The notes beneath the pieces are model-generated. The model was not told the origin of the DNA. It was given only the letters and a program-made list of their open reading frames with translations, and did no database searches. The translations under genes and the position numbers were made by a program. Positions 39,461 through 50,007 of a stretch of 64,000 bases of DNA are shown piece by piece (within the stretch, counting starts at the first letter, position 1; every line of letters begins with the position of its first letter). The stretch comes from a virus (Duplodnaviria > Caudoviricetes): positions 24,566 through 88,565 of the IMG/VR virus record IMGVR_UViG_3300028549_001530; one strand, given 5' to 3'.

Positions 39461-40681
39461 CTATAGCACCAATACTTTTAATAGCACATAAACATACAAA
39501 GCGTTTCTAATATTTCTGATCTGTCTATCAGCTATAGGTTCTTTGCAGAATTTATAGATTATTTTAACAAGCTTATCACCTTTTTCTTTAATATCGTTGA
39601 TGCTTATATCTGTACCACGAGCATACAAGATATTACCAACTAAAGTGTTGATCATTTTCAAAACACTGGTATTCTTATGAATAAAGATTTTGTTATCTGT
39701 TAGGTAAGTTATGCTGTTGCTAAGCACATCTTTAAAGTAAGTCATAACTTCATCATGATTGCCTTTACTTTTATTCATATACTCTAAAGTCATCTCCAGA
39801 GTTTTCTCTAACTCAGTGTAAGAGACGCTTTCAATGATATCAATGGTAACATCAATATACTCTCTCTTTATAAAGATACTCTTATCTGTGACTATACCTT
39901 CGAGTTTAATATAGTAGCTCTCAGGCGTGCCTAATCTATCCATGATGACTTCTTTACCATCAACATCATTCATGACGTTTTTCTTACTGGTAATAATGTC
40001 ATCGTTTTCCATCATATCGATAAAGTCACTATAGATGTTTTTCAGTGCATCTTTAGTCCTACCAAATAAATCAGTGATTGCGTTAGGAATAGCCGCATCA
40101 TCAGTAAACTTAACTAGAAAACTAAGGTACTTACTCTTCAAGTACTCATCACTTCTGTACTGGCAATACTCGTTCCAGTTCTTTACTTTCTTGATCGTGT
40201 ACTTGTTACTAAGCTTCTCTATCAATGTGATAGCCTTTTCTTCAGAAATAGGATATACAAAGTAGTTACTACTAATCAGTACAAGGGTTCTGTAGCTAAA
40301 ATAGTTTAATATTTCTGTTGCATATTCTAGTCTTTTATCATCACTCAAATCTTTATTACTAAGAAAGCGATGCGCTATATAAAAACAAACTAAGTTAATG
40401 TCATCTCTAGCTATCTTAAAACTCTTATTGATACTAGTAATTTTCTCTATAGCGTCTACAACATCCGATGTCTCTATGTCGAATAGATTACTGTAGAATA
40501 TGTTTTTGTCTTTAAATGTATAGGTAATTTTTGAAGAACCAATGAGTCTTGATCCAAACAGGTTTTTATGCTCTTCATCTCTAGTGATAAACTCTACATT
40601 GTTTCTAACTACTTTTTTGTAAAATGCTGTGTCAAACTTAAAATTTTTAAATAATGAATCAAAAACTTCTTTTGTCTTCAC
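39461..40681 (-). CDS. Conserved phiKZ-like hypothetical/virion protein
   Basis: 406-aa ORF (NYF.YP, L.NKY.IK...W pattern). Confidence 0.55.
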   Translation of the reverse strand: MKTKEVFDSLFKNFKFDTAFYKKVVRNNVEFITRDEEHKNLFGSRLIGSSKITYTFKDKNIFYSNLFDIETSDVVDAIEKITSINKSFKIARDDINLVCFYIAHRFLSNKDLSDDKRLEYATEILNYFSYRTLVLISSNYFVYPISEEKAITLIEKLSNKYTIKKVKNWNEYCQYRSDEYLKSKYLSFLVKFTDDAAIPNAITDLFGRTKDALKNIYSDFIDMMENDDIITSKKNVMNDVDGKEVIMDRLGTPESYYIKLEGIVTDKSIFIKREYIDVTIDIIESVSYTELEKTLEMTLEYMNKSKGNHDEVMTYFKDVLSNSITYLTDNKIFIHKNTSVLKMINTLVGNILYARGTDISINDIKEKGDKLVKIIYKFCKEPIADRQIRNIRNALYVYVLLKVLVL

Positions 40682-40683
40682 AG

Positions 40684-41115
40684 TTAATCCTTAATGTTGA
40701 GCTTGACTTTTATATAAGCGATAAAACTCTCTAAAGTGTAGAAGACGTTTGAATTCTTGTTAGGTAGGTTCATTAAGAACCACTCTTCCTTAGCTGTCTT
40801 AAAACCAGTATTGTGAATAAATACAGCGTCATTGGTTTTAATAGAGTTAAATGTATTAGCTGGGTCACTATTGATGTCCTCTGTAGACACAGCTTTAATA
40901 TCAGATAGAGCTGGGTCTTCACTTTCAATAACTTCTACTTTATTAGATAAAGTTTTGTTAAGTGCATTAGCTACAATCTCCGCAACTGTACCTGTAACAG
41001 TAATAACTAGTTTTTCATCTACTTCAGGTTCTTGCTCACCAGTTTTTTCTGCTGGTTTACTATCACCTGTATCATTCTTCTTCTCTTCATATTTCTTTAG
41101 AACAAATGTAGCCAT
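40684..41115 (-). CDS. Hypothetical protein
   Basis: ATG at 41115 (MATFVLKK) after AAGGAG. Confidence 0.6.
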   Translation of the reverse strand: MATFVLKKYEEKKNDTGDSKPAEKTGEQEPEVDEKLVITVTGTVAEIVANALNKTLSNKVEVIESEDPALSDIKAVSTEDINSDPANTFNSIKTNDAVFIHNTGFKTAKEEWFLMNLPNKNSNVFYTLESFIAYIKVKLNIKD

Positions 41116-41255
41116 CTTAATCTCCTTAAAAGTATCTTCAAAGTATCCCATGTATTGGAAAAATAAGAAACCACATATATAATATTTGCCTACATCTATT
41201 GGCAGTATTTGCAAATACTCTTTTCTCTTTTCTTAACTTTTCTAAGGATAAAACC

Positions 41256-42182
41256 ATGAACAAAAATGTAACTCTATACTGTGCAGGTGGCACTGGTATT
41301 AATATTGGTAAAATGATCAATGACCTTGATGTAACAGTCAACTATATCGATTCATCTATTTCTAACATGAAAGACATTGACCCTAAGAATGTATTTCTTA
41401 TCGAAGGGTTAGATGGTGCTGGTAAACACCGTGCTACTGCACATGATAAGTTTAAACATTTGGCTGAAGATGTTCTTATTCGCATGAAACCTTCACAGAC
41501 TTTGAACATTGTTATCTCATCACTGAGTGGTGGCAGTGGTTCCATTTTGGGACCATCCGTAGCAAGACAACTTGTTTTAGGTGGGTATAATACCATTGTA
41601 ATAGGAATTGACTCTAGAAGTTCTGTAATTGAAATTGATAATAGTATCAAAACACTTAAAACATACAAAGCTATTTCTGATAATACAGGTAAAGCTATTG
41701 CGATGATGTACATCGAGAACACTAGTCGCAAGGAAGCAGATAAACGAGCTATCTGGGCTATCAGTCTCTTTACTCTTTTGACAGATAAAAATAACACATC
41801 AGAGATGGATACATCAGACATCTCTAGCTTTATTAACTTTAACCGTGTTACTGATAATGCTCCTTCTGTCTCTATGATTGAGTTCAATGAAAACACAGCT
41901 ATTGTTCCAGAGAAGAACACTAACAACGTGGCTACTATCCTTGTTACTAAAGACCAAAACTCTAGTATTAAACCAGTTATTCCTGAATACCTGTCTACTT
42001 GTATTGTAACTGACCCTAACTATAATAATGCTGATATTCGTATCGATAGCTCTTTAGGTAAACTTAGTATTATTGTAGAAGGTTTGGAGAAAATTATGAA
42101 AGAATCTCAAGATCAGAAAAAGGTAAATAAGTTTCAAGATCTAGAAGTCAAAGGTGCTACTGAAGACGGCATCATACTCTAA
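41256..42182 (+). CDS. phuZ: Phage tubulin PhuZ
   Basis: LYCAGGTGINIG, IDSS.SN, DGAGK, SGGSGSILGP tubulin signature and an acidic C-tail (EDGIIL). Confidence 0.92.
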   Translation: MNKNVTLYCAGGTGINIGKMINDLDVTVNYIDSSISNMKDIDPKNVFLIEGLDGAGKHRATAHDKFKHLAEDVLIRMKPSQTLNIVISSLSGGSGSILGPSVARQLVLGGYNTIVIGIDSRSSVIEIDNSIKTLKTYKAISDNTGKAIAMMYIENTSRKEADKRAIWAISLFTLLTDKNNTSEMDTSDISSFINFNRVTDNAPSVSMIEFNENTAIVPEKNTNNVATILVTKDQNSSIKPVIPEYLSTCIVTDPNYNNADIRIDSSLGKLSIIVEGLEKIMKESQDQKKVNKFQDLEVKGATEDGIIL

Positions 42183-42222
42183 CCAAATATAACAACAAGA
42201 AGCCTTAAATAGCTTCTTGTTG

Positions 42223-43320
42223 TTATAGATTTTTAAGTTTGTAGAGTTGCTCTAATATATTTTTTTCTTCTTCATAGCTAAATAAGCCTTCTATATTATT
42301 ATCCCTTTCAAAACGTAAAGCAAGACGCTTCCAGTCGTTAATGAAATGGGAATTCATGTTCTTAGAGTGAGGAGATACCTCATAGAGAAACAAGAGGCTA
42401 TCAAGTCTACTAACTAATAAACTCCATTTAACCTGTCTTGTCATTCCTAAGTCAGGTAAAGACAGTAATGTTAAAGCACTATCATTAAAAGGCAGTTTAA
42501 TGCTATTTAGTAAATTAATATAATCAAGTTTCTTGGTTGTAATTATATCAAGAGTATTTTCTATATATCTTTCAAGTTGTACATTAGGCTCAAAGATCTT
42601 AAATCTATGTTTAAATCTAGGAGTGACTTCTTCTCTACCATAGAACTTATCCATAATTTTATTTAAGATACAATGGTCTACAGTATCTTCAATCATCGTG
42701 CTTAAAACATACTTAATAACAAAGTGATTCTTGTTTAAAACTATACCGTCACTATTTGAGTGAACTACTTGTTCTTTTACAAATTCTCTGTACTTTATAG
42801 CTAATTTAGGAATATTAACTACAACACTACAGGTACCGGTTCTACTTCCGTCTTCTGTTCCTAAAGGAAGAAGCATCTTAGTATCATTCCTATTGTGTTT
42901 TAATACATAGACACATTTTTCTTTCTTCCAATTAGAAACACACTTTCTTAAATTAAAATGCTCGTACCCAGCTAGTATAATTTCTTCATTTCCAAAACCA
43001 AAGAAATGTCCAGGGTGAACTATACCTTTTTCTATTTCGCTTGTAAATCTAAAATGTTTGGCTAGGTATTTGATTTTATCATTAGCAAACTCTAAATACC
43101 TATAGTCGTCATAACCTAAATACGTAGGAAAATGCTCTAAGATTCTACTAAGGATATTGGTGTTCTTAACAGAGAAGTTTCTAGTTTGGTAGTAGTCTTC
43201 TATACTGTCTTTATTGAAGGTATAAAGTTTTTTAATATAGTTGATATCCCTTGGTTCAGTTACCCCCACAACAGGAGCTTTACTTATATAACTTCTATTA
43301 AAAAGGTCAAGATATAGCAT
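42223..43320 (-). CDS. Conserved phiKZ-like hypothetical/virion protein
   Basis: 365-aa ORF convergent with phuZ. Confidence 0.55.
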   Translation of the reverse strand: MLYLDLFNRSYISKAPVVGVTEPRDINYIKKLYTFNKDSIEDYYQTRNFSVKNTNILSRILEHFPTYLGYDDYRYLEFANDKIKYLAKHFRFTSEIEKGIVHPGHFFGFGNEEIILAGYEHFNLRKCVSNWKKEKCVYVLKHNRNDTKMLLPLGTEDGSRTGTCSVVVNIPKLAIKYREFVKEQVVHSNSDGIVLNKNHFVIKYVLSTMIEDTVDHCILNKIMDKFYGREEVTPRFKHRFKIFEPNVQLERYIENTLDIITTKKLDYINLLNSIKLPFNDSALTLLSLPDLGMTRQVKWSLLVSRLDSLLFLYEVSPHSKNMNSHFINDWKRLALRFERDNNIEGLFSYEEEKNILEQLYKLKNL

Positions 43321-43401
43321 TTGTAGCCCTGGTGATTGTTCAAAAAATGGAAGCTAATTAATATTAGTATAGATGTCGTGTTTTGGGATATATATCGACC
43401 A

Positions 43402-43419
43402 CATATATACTAACTGTGA
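43402..43419 (+). promoter_or_regulatory. Putative phage early promoter
   Basis: catatatactaactgtga. Confidence 0.6.
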
Positions 43420-43458
43420 CAGTGTACATTTGTTTGTTTTTATTAAAGGAGTTCATTC

Positions 43459-43947
43459 GTGTCTTATAGTAAGTTTACACCAATTAACTTTGGGGTTATT
43501 AAGTCAGAGTTTCAAAAATTGACAGAGGAGTTTATTAAAGGAGTTCATCTAACAATTGACTTATCAAGTTATATTTACAAAGTTTTAGATAGGAGTAACA
43601 CGAACACCTACATTGACGATGTGACCTATATCAAAAAAGTTCTTGACACTTCTAAAAAAGTGTTTACCAAAGATGTCTTCTATATGAAGACTAATTACAA
43701 CCTTAGTGACAATCAAAAACAATTGATTGTTCGATTCATTAACCTGTGTCACGCTGAGAAAGATAAGTTAATTGTTATCAATGACGTTATTGTGTATCGA
43801 AGTGAAAATTTTCATGGTTATGACGATGTGGCTATTTTGATGTATATCACGAATACAATTAATCTCAACAATAAGTTACGAAAACAAGACTTAATTAAGG
43901 TTAAGAAACAACGTAAACAAGAACGCCTATTCACATTTGCTTATTAA
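43459..43947 (+). CDS. Hypothetical protein
   Basis: GTG start after AAGGAG, 162 aa. Confidence 0.6.
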   Translation: MSYSKFTPINFGVIKSEFQKLTEEFIKGVHLTIDLSSYIYKVLDRSNTNTYIDDVTYIKKVLDTSKKVFTKDVFYMKTNYNLSDNQKQLIVRFINLCHAEKDKLIVINDVIVYRSENFHGYDDVAILMYITNTINLNNKLRKQDLIKVKKQRKQERLFTFAY

Positions 43948-44054
43948 CTTTTTTACTCAGTTATACATATATTGAAGAAACCATAACTAGAAATAGTTAT
44001 GACTTTCTGACCCAGGATCTCTTTTTCTCCCCAACCCAAACCAAGGATATTATC

Positions 44055-45890
44055 ATGGCTCTGAACATTCCCTCTACACCAACACTAACTCAAGCTCAAG
44101 CAAAACAAATGAATCAACCTCAATTTCAACAACCTCAGCAACCTATCTCTATGGGTTTACCAGCCTTTGGTCTGACTACTAAGCTTGCAGCTTATGGTTC
44201 AGGTGGTGAAGTTTACGAAAAGCTGTATACGGCTATCCAAACCAAAATCAAGTATCTCAACGATGAGATGAAAACTGAAGAAAAGTATTCAGTCATTAAA
44301 CTCTTGAAACAAAATGCTGGATTGAACTACTCAGCTATCATCGTAAGCGAAACTCTGGACGGCATTACAGCCGCTCACGTTTTGATGGTCGAGAAGACTG
44401 GCGAGTACCCAGATAAGTTGGTTGAGAACATTGCTGGTACTCGTTATGAGATTGTTCGCACTCCTGGTGACGCTCTGGATGATCGTTACATCTCTCAAGC
44501 ACAAGCTGCAGTTTCCGAAGCTCTTAAGGTAGAACTCTCTACCGTGATTGTGGTGGATGGCACTCTTGTTCCTAACGAGTTTGAAGTTACTAATGAAGCA
44601 CTGGTTAATGACTTGATCAACAACACGTTTAACGCCGTGTACGCTGAAGTTGGTAATCGTGTTAAAAACTATCAAGGCTTTAATCTCTCCACCTTGATCA
44701 GCAATAACCGCAACGGTAAGTTCTTTGTGAACCTATACTTCAACGGTGATGATAGTAACTTCTTTGACCAAACAGGCATGCCTATTCGTCAAGACGTGTG
44801 TATTTCTTTGTCTTACAAACTAGCTAATGCGCAAAACAACAAGAGTATCAACCAAGGTGCAGATGTTCTTGAAATTGTGAAGACTTACGGTTACATTGAT
44901 TTTGAGTGGAGTGGTCCAGCACTTCAAGGTAACATGATGTCAACTCAAAAGTTCTTCCCGAACTTTGTTATTACACACATTGACTCCCCAGTTGCACCAA
45001 CACCTGATATCCTTATGATGGGTTTGGCTTCTGTGTTGGCTATGAATGAGGATATGAATTGGATGCAAGCATTCCGTCCTACACCTCAGAAGAAAAACGA
45101 AGTTGACTACAACGACATCGGTGCTTTAAACATTGAAGGTAATATCGAGAACAACCCAGTTGGTTTTGGTAAAAAGTATGACACTAAGTCAAAGACATTC
45201 ACAATTGCAGAGCTGAACAAACTGGTGCAAACCCTTGTTCGTCCTACGCTTACAGTGTCTATTGATATTCCTAAGGCTGGTCCTGAGACATGGTTTACAT
45301 CCGTGCTGCATTACATCAAGTTCCGTAACAGTAAAGATGCGTTTGATCGCGTCAATAACTTTGTGACGAACATGACCAATGGTGCATACCAAGCCGGTAA
45401 CATGCCTATGTTTAACGAGACCACCAACAAGATCCATGGTGGCTACTACAAGACTAAAGATGGAGTGAAAGATATTCGTCATCTGTGTTCTTACCTGTCT
45501 ATTGCTAACTTTATTAACGACACGAACCAACAGCCTGTTCTGGTATCTCAATACACTAACACATTGTATAACTCTTCTATTCCTTCAGAGCTTCGTGCTG
45601 CTGAGCGTAAGAAGTTTATTGATAACATGAGTAACAATAGTGCTGTCTATAAACAGTACTATGACCGCGTGACTTTCTCAAGTGGTTTCTTGATGAACCT
45701 GGTTGGTTCTATGAAGTCTATTGGGTTTGCTCCGATCTTCTCCAATCTTGGAGCTGTCAACGACATGTTTGTTCGCCGTAGTACTGCTGATTTCTCTAGC
45801 GCTATGCTACAGCCTGATGCACGTATTATTGGTCAGAACAATGTGTACGGTGGATTCTATACAGGTAACAACTACACTCGTAGTTTCTAA
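44055..45890 (+). CDS. chmA: Chimallin, major phage-nucleus shell protein (phiKZ gp54-like)
   Basis: 611 aa; L.YSAIIV...AAHVLMVE.TG pattern. Lies immediately upstream of the nvRNAP beta-prime N gene, as in Chimalliviridae. Confidence 0.82.
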   Translation: MALNIPSTPTLTQAQAKQMNQPQFQQPQQPISMGLPAFGLTTKLAAYGSGGEVYEKLYTAIQTKIKYLNDEMKTEEKYSVIKLLKQNAGLNYSAIIVSETLDGITAAHVLMVEKTGEYPDKLVENIAGTRYEIVRTPGDALDDRYISQAQAAVSEALKVELSTVIVVDGTLVPNEFEVTNEALVNDLINNTFNAVYAEVGNRVKNYQGFNLSTLISNNRNGKFFVNLYFNGDDSNFFDQTGMPIRQDVCISLSYKLANAQNNKSINQGADVLEIVKTYGYIDFEWSGPALQGNMMSTQKFFPNFVITHIDSPVAPTPDILMMGLASVLAMNEDMNWMQAFRPTPQKKNEVDYNDIGALNIEGNIENNPVGFGKKYDTKSKTFTIAELNKLVQTLVRPTLTVSIDIPKAGPETWFTSVLHYIKFRNSKDAFDRVNNFVTNMTNGAYQAGNMPMFNETTNKIHGGYYKTKDGVKDIRHLCSYLSIANFINDTNQQPVLVSQYTNTLYNSSIPSELRAAERKKFIDNMSNNSAVYKQYYDRVTFSSGFLMNLVGSMKSIGFAPIFSNLGAVNDMFVRRSTADFSSAMLQPDARIIGQNNVYGGFYTGNNYTRSF

Positions 45891-45911
45891 ACTGTATCTG
45901 ATGTAATGAGT

Positions 45912-45944
45912 TACAACACACAGCCCTAAAAGCTGTGTGTTGTA
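45912..45944 (+). terminator. Terminator after chmA
   Basis: tacaacacacagc-cctaaaa-gctgtgtgttgta followed by T-run. Confidence 0.75.
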
Positions 45945-45998
45945 TTTTTTTCACTATAAAGTCAATAGTTTGCACAATCGTGCAAAAGGAATACAACT

Positions 45999-47775
45999 AT
46001 GCCTGTTTCATTACAATTGACTAATTTTGATGATGTTTTTGCTAAAGTCCTTACAGAGAAAATTCTAATCAACGATATAGACATTTTTAACACAGAAAAT
46101 AAAGAGCTTCTTGACTCCATCATTCTAAAAAATTACTCAGAAGATAACCTATCAATTATCCCTGCTTGTCAGTGTGGTGAATTAAAAGGAACTTACTACG
46201 TGGGTGAGTTTTGTCATAAATGTAATACACATGTAACTTCTAGCTTAGACGATAACATATCGTTTCTTCTATGGTTAAAACAACCTAACGAAGTAGAACT
46301 ATTTATATCACCTATTGTTATAGCAATCTTATTAGCCAGGTATAAAATCACTAAACCTAATGTACCCTTAATTAAGTACATTATGTTACCTAACTTTAAG
46401 ATTGATAAGAAACAACAAAAGAAGAATTTAAATATACTAGAAAAACTTGATTTTCTTCTTGCTACAAATGGTATTAAAAGAGGTTATAATAGCTTTGTTC
46501 TTAATTTCTTTAAGATCATTGAGATTTTAGAGAATGAATTTATAAAGGAAAAAACTAGTGATTCTTACAATTTCTATAATTTTCTACTAAGGAATAAGTC
46601 AGCTATTTTCAGTAGACATTTACCCTTTCCTAACAAAATCATCTTTGCTATGGAGAGTAACGAGCTAGGTAAATTTATCGATAAAAGTATTTTAAATCCA
46701 ATTAACGTGATCAGGCGTTTAACAGGAATTGATTTATATACTAAAACAAACACAATTAAACAAAACAAGGTAGCTAATAGTTTACTTGATCTTGCTGATT
46801 TTTACAATGGGTACATGAAAACTGTATTCTTTAATAAGAACGGTTTAGTAAGACAGCACATTAGTTCTACTAGAAGTCACTTTACAGCTCGTGCTGTTGT
46901 AACTAGTATACCTGGACCACATGTATATGATGAGTTGTATATTCCTTGGGGTATAGGTTGCACACTGCTTAGAGAACATATACTTAACAGACTTTATAAA
47001 AGAGGGTATACTTATAAGAATGCCATTAACTTTTTGATATATCATAATAAGATTTATCACCCAGTTCTAGATGAGATATTTCATGAGTTGATTACTTCTT
47101 CTGAAGTTGGTATGAAAGGTTTATATAACCGTAACCCAAGCTTAGCTAGGGGTAGTATTCAAACAGTAAGAATTACTAGAGTAAAAACTGATCCTTACGA
47201 TACAACTTTTAGTATGAGTTATTTAATAGCACCAAGTTTTAATGCCGATTTTGACGGTAGATTTTGCTGTCATTGAACTGAGCTACGTATTCAGTTCTTT
47301 AAACTTCTCTAATTGCTGGGAACTCCTGTTAAACGATAGAACTAAAGCGAAGAGTGAAAACTCATGCGTCAATGTTTGAAAATCTATCGGTAGGGACAAT
47401 CAGCAGCGAAGACGCTAAATAACACTGTGAAGTGTGATACGCGTAACGTTCAACGACTATTCCGAAAGGAAGTACACCTAAGTGGGTGGAAATGGAAAGC
47501 TATTCAAAAGTAATTTTGAATAGAAGATATAGTCTGATCTACATAGAAATATGTAGCTGTATTTAAATATACGGGTAAAGTTTAACGACCTTTACTGAAC
47601 ATAATTGGATGAACTCAATCTTACTTTGGTGCTAACTGAGAAGGTGCATAAGAACCTGGATAACTTTGAGCCACACAATAACATTTTATCGTTATCAGGA
47701 ACAAATGAATTCACTAGTAACATTAAGTTTCCTAAGACAGTGATTTCGACGCTGAGTAATTTCATGTCAACTTAA
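45999..47775 (+). CDS. Non-virion RNAP beta-prime N/catalytic subunit (gp55-like), exons 45999-47258 and 47608-47775, 475 aa
   Basis: Zn site CQCG..C.KC; RSHFTARAVV; NRNPSL. Splicing restores NADFDG|DELNLTL. Confidence 0.92.
47259..47607 (+). mobile_element. Group I intron (349 nt, no ORF) inside the NADFDGD motif
   Basis: The exon ends GGT (U) and the intron ends in G. Contains aattgctgggaactcc, aatcagcagcg, gttcaacgacta and aagatatagtctga core segments. Confidence 0.92.
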
Positions 47776-47835
47776 GTAGCCTAGGTGTTTGGTGTGAACT
47801 AGACACTTTGGTTGCTTTAGTAATATCTTTGAGTA

Positions 47836-47853
47836 CATATATAATAACTGTAA
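47836..47853 (+). promoter_or_regulatory. Putative phage early promoter
   Basis: catatataataactgtaa. Confidence 0.65.
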
Positions 47854-47882
47854 ACCAATTCATTTTCAACAAAGGAGTTTAA

Positions 47883-48512
47883 ATGGGAATGGTCATAGAC
47901 TGCCCAGAATCTGGAATAGACTACGTCTTGTATGGTGATAAAAGTGGTATAATTAGTAACTACCTGTATAACCAAATACAAGCAATACCACAAGTCTTCA
48001 ATGAGTTTAGTCAGAGAGTTTATAATGGACTGCAATCGAGTTATAACTTTGTGAATGACAAATTGACACAATATGGTATTATGAATCAGATTAAAAACAA
48101 TGGTGTTAGTATAGTAGATAACTACTATGACAACATTCAAAGTTTCACTGATTTACAAGATGCTAATATGCTTATGCAAAGATGGGTTATGGCTCATCCT
48201 AGTGTGAGACAACTCTATCTTGATCAAAACCTTGACGGTTATAGTTCTACTTACAATAACGTGTTTGGTAAAGATGTCGGTGACAAAGACTATAACTATA
48301 GAAGAGTGATGGATGGCTCTGTTGTTGATCAAGAGGACAGTTTTGTGATTAAACACTATGATGAGCCATTGATGGTAGGAGATAGAGAGCTAAATCATTT
48401 TGAGAAGACAAAGGTACTCAATGCTTGGGATTGTATAGATTGGCTACTAGAGACTTCTCCTTTTGACTTTACTTGTAAGTCTAAAGAACCCGTAATCATT
48501 AACAGACCTTAA
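47883..48512 (+). CDS. Conserved Chimalliviridae protein (possibly gp59/Imp3-like)
   Basis: QRWVMAHP.VR.LY..Q.LDGYS..Y, YNYRRVMDG and GDREL motifs; syntenic position after beta-prime N. Confidence 0.55.
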   Translation: MGMVIDCPESGIDYVLYGDKSGIISNYLYNQIQAIPQVFNEFSQRVYNGLQSSYNFVNDKLTQYGIMNQIKNNGVSIVDNYYDNIQSFTDLQDANMLMQRWVMAHPSVRQLYLDQNLDGYSSTYNNVFGKDVGDKDYNYRRVMDGSVVDQEDSFVIKHYDEPLMVGDRELNHFEKTKVLNAWDCIDWLLETSPFDFTCKSKEPVIINRP

Positions 48513-48518
48513 AAAGCT

Positions 48519-48704
48519 ATGAATCTTTCACCTGAAGATCTTGTAATCCTTAACCGCATGCTTCAAAATACTAAGCTAGATATCCCTAGTTTTCGTAGAG
48601 AAGTGTGTGCTACAGGACTAAACTATAAGTGGCTACAAAAGCACATCGGTACTCGCAATAAAGAACTAGACCCTAAGCTTAAAGAGCTGTTGCGACTGAC
48701 ATAA
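48519..48704 (+). CDS. Small hypothetical protein
   Basis: 61 aa, followed by a terminator. Confidence 0.55.
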   Translation: MNLSPEDLVILNRMLQNTKLDIPSFRREVCATGLNYKWLQKHIGTRNKELDPKLKELLRLT

Positions 48705-48744
48705 AGAAACCACCAACAGACTTATCTCTGTTGGTGGTTTCTTT
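48703..48744 (+). terminator. Terminator
   Basis: 18-bp stem with loop cttatc, followed by T-run. Confidence 0.75.
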
Positions 48745-48770
48745 TTTTGCATCGGAAATTATTTCGGCTG

Positions 48771-48788
48771 CATATATATTACATGTAA
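48771..48788 (+). promoter_or_regulatory. Putative phage early promoter
   Basis: catatatattacatgtaa, identical to the copy at 25596. Confidence 0.7.
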
Positions 48789-48897
48789 ACAGACACTGCT
48801 TTTTCACAGTCATTTCGATTGTGGGTGGTGTTTGTTAATAGGAGAATATCATGGGTATGTTTTCAATCTCTTGAAGTGTACATTTAGGAGTTTAAAG

Positions 48898-49320
48898 ATG
48901 AAAGTTATACCAAGTCTAACAGAAGAAGGATGGATCACTGATAGCAAGAAAATGCTTGACTATCTCTTATCTTACTATATACTATCTGATAGTATGCAAT
49001 CTTTAGCTTATCAAGATAATATTATTAATTTACCGTTCACATACTATAAAAACATCAATAATCCAGATGGTATGATGACTGATGTTAGACAAGACTTAGA
49101 AAAATTACTAACAAACTACTTTGTAACAGTGGAAGTATCTGTGGATATTAAAGAACTAACTATGAAATCTTACGCAATACTTATAAAAGTAGCAGTGATA
49201 GATAGTGAAAATAATAGAATAGAGTTGTCTAAAATAACTGAACTTAATAACAGTAAAAGTAAAAAGGTTATTAGTTTTAGTAATTATGGGTCGGCATTAG
49301 ATATGCTAAATTCACTATAG
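48898..49320 (+). CDS. Conserved phiKZ-like hypothetical protein
   Basis: IPSL...GWI....D.LL.YY..S...QS pattern; ATG after AGGAG. Confidence 0.65.
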   Translation: MKVIPSLTEEGWITDSKKMLDYLLSYYILSDSMQSLAYQDNIINLPFTYYKNINNPDGMMTDVRQDLEKLLTNYFVTVEVSVDIKELTMKSYAILIKVAVIDSENNRIELSKITELNNSKSKKVISFSNYGSALDMLNSL

Positions 49321-49366
49321 TTTTTTCTAATTGAATGCTCTATAGTGTGAATAACACACAACAAAG

Positions 49367-49930
49367 GTGCACAACATGTCTTTAGATCAACAAGTCAATA
49401 GCGTTAAAGAAATGCTTTATAGAGAAATGGAGCATAGCAGAAATATAGTATTTTCTGGAATGTTTAATACTGATAATATTAATAAAATACCTGAGAGCTT
49501 ATTTGTAAGATATTTCTTGCCGTGTTTTTTAGGTAATGGTGTAAACACTAATTGGGTAATGGAGTGGATAAGTATTTCAGGTAGTCCTGTTGCTGAAGTA
49601 GGTATAACTGATGATAACACAAAAGAATTACTTTTTATAGTTCCAAGTATACTCAACACTAACAATCTTTTTTTAACTAAATCAGAAGGAGATATTGGAG
49701 ATATCTTTGGAAGATATGACCAAATTAATAGTAATATGCCAACTAGTGGACTTAGTTTTTTAGTCCAAGCTTTGCAAAGTAAAAATGCTGAACTAATTAG
49801 CCGAATTAACTTTAATGAAATTAACTCTAGGTGGGTTAATATACTACAAAGGTATAACATTGTTAATAATATTAATCAAGCAGCACCACAATCTAATTCA
49901 AGTAGTTTAGATGATCTTTTTGAAATGTGA
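49367..49930 (+). CDS. Conserved phiKZ-like hypothetical protein
   Basis: IPE..FVRYFLP.F..W..ISGSP..EV...LF.VP pattern. Confidence 0.6.
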   Translation: MHNMSLDQQVNSVKEMLYREMEHSRNIVFSGMFNTDNINKIPESLFVRYFLPCFLGNGVNTNWVMEWISISGSPVAEVGITDDNTKELLFIVPSILNTNNLFLTKSEGDIGDIFGRYDQINSNMPTSGLSFLVQALQSKNAELISRINFNEINSRWVNILQRYNIVNNINQAAPQSNSSSLDDLFEM

Positions 49931-50007
49931 AAACCACTAGAGAAGTTTAAACTTCTCTAGTGGTATACCATTTTTTGAATTAACCAAATGCTCAAAAGGA
50001 GAAATTT

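Noticed and set aside
43964-43978. Tenth copy of the early promoter motif upstream of chmA
   Set aside because: It reads CATATATT and lacks the TGT element; it may be a different promoter class but cannot be supported.
47259-47276. C-terminus RFCCH of the RNAP subunit
   Set aside because: This is read-through into the intron; the real C-terminus comes from exon 47608-47775.
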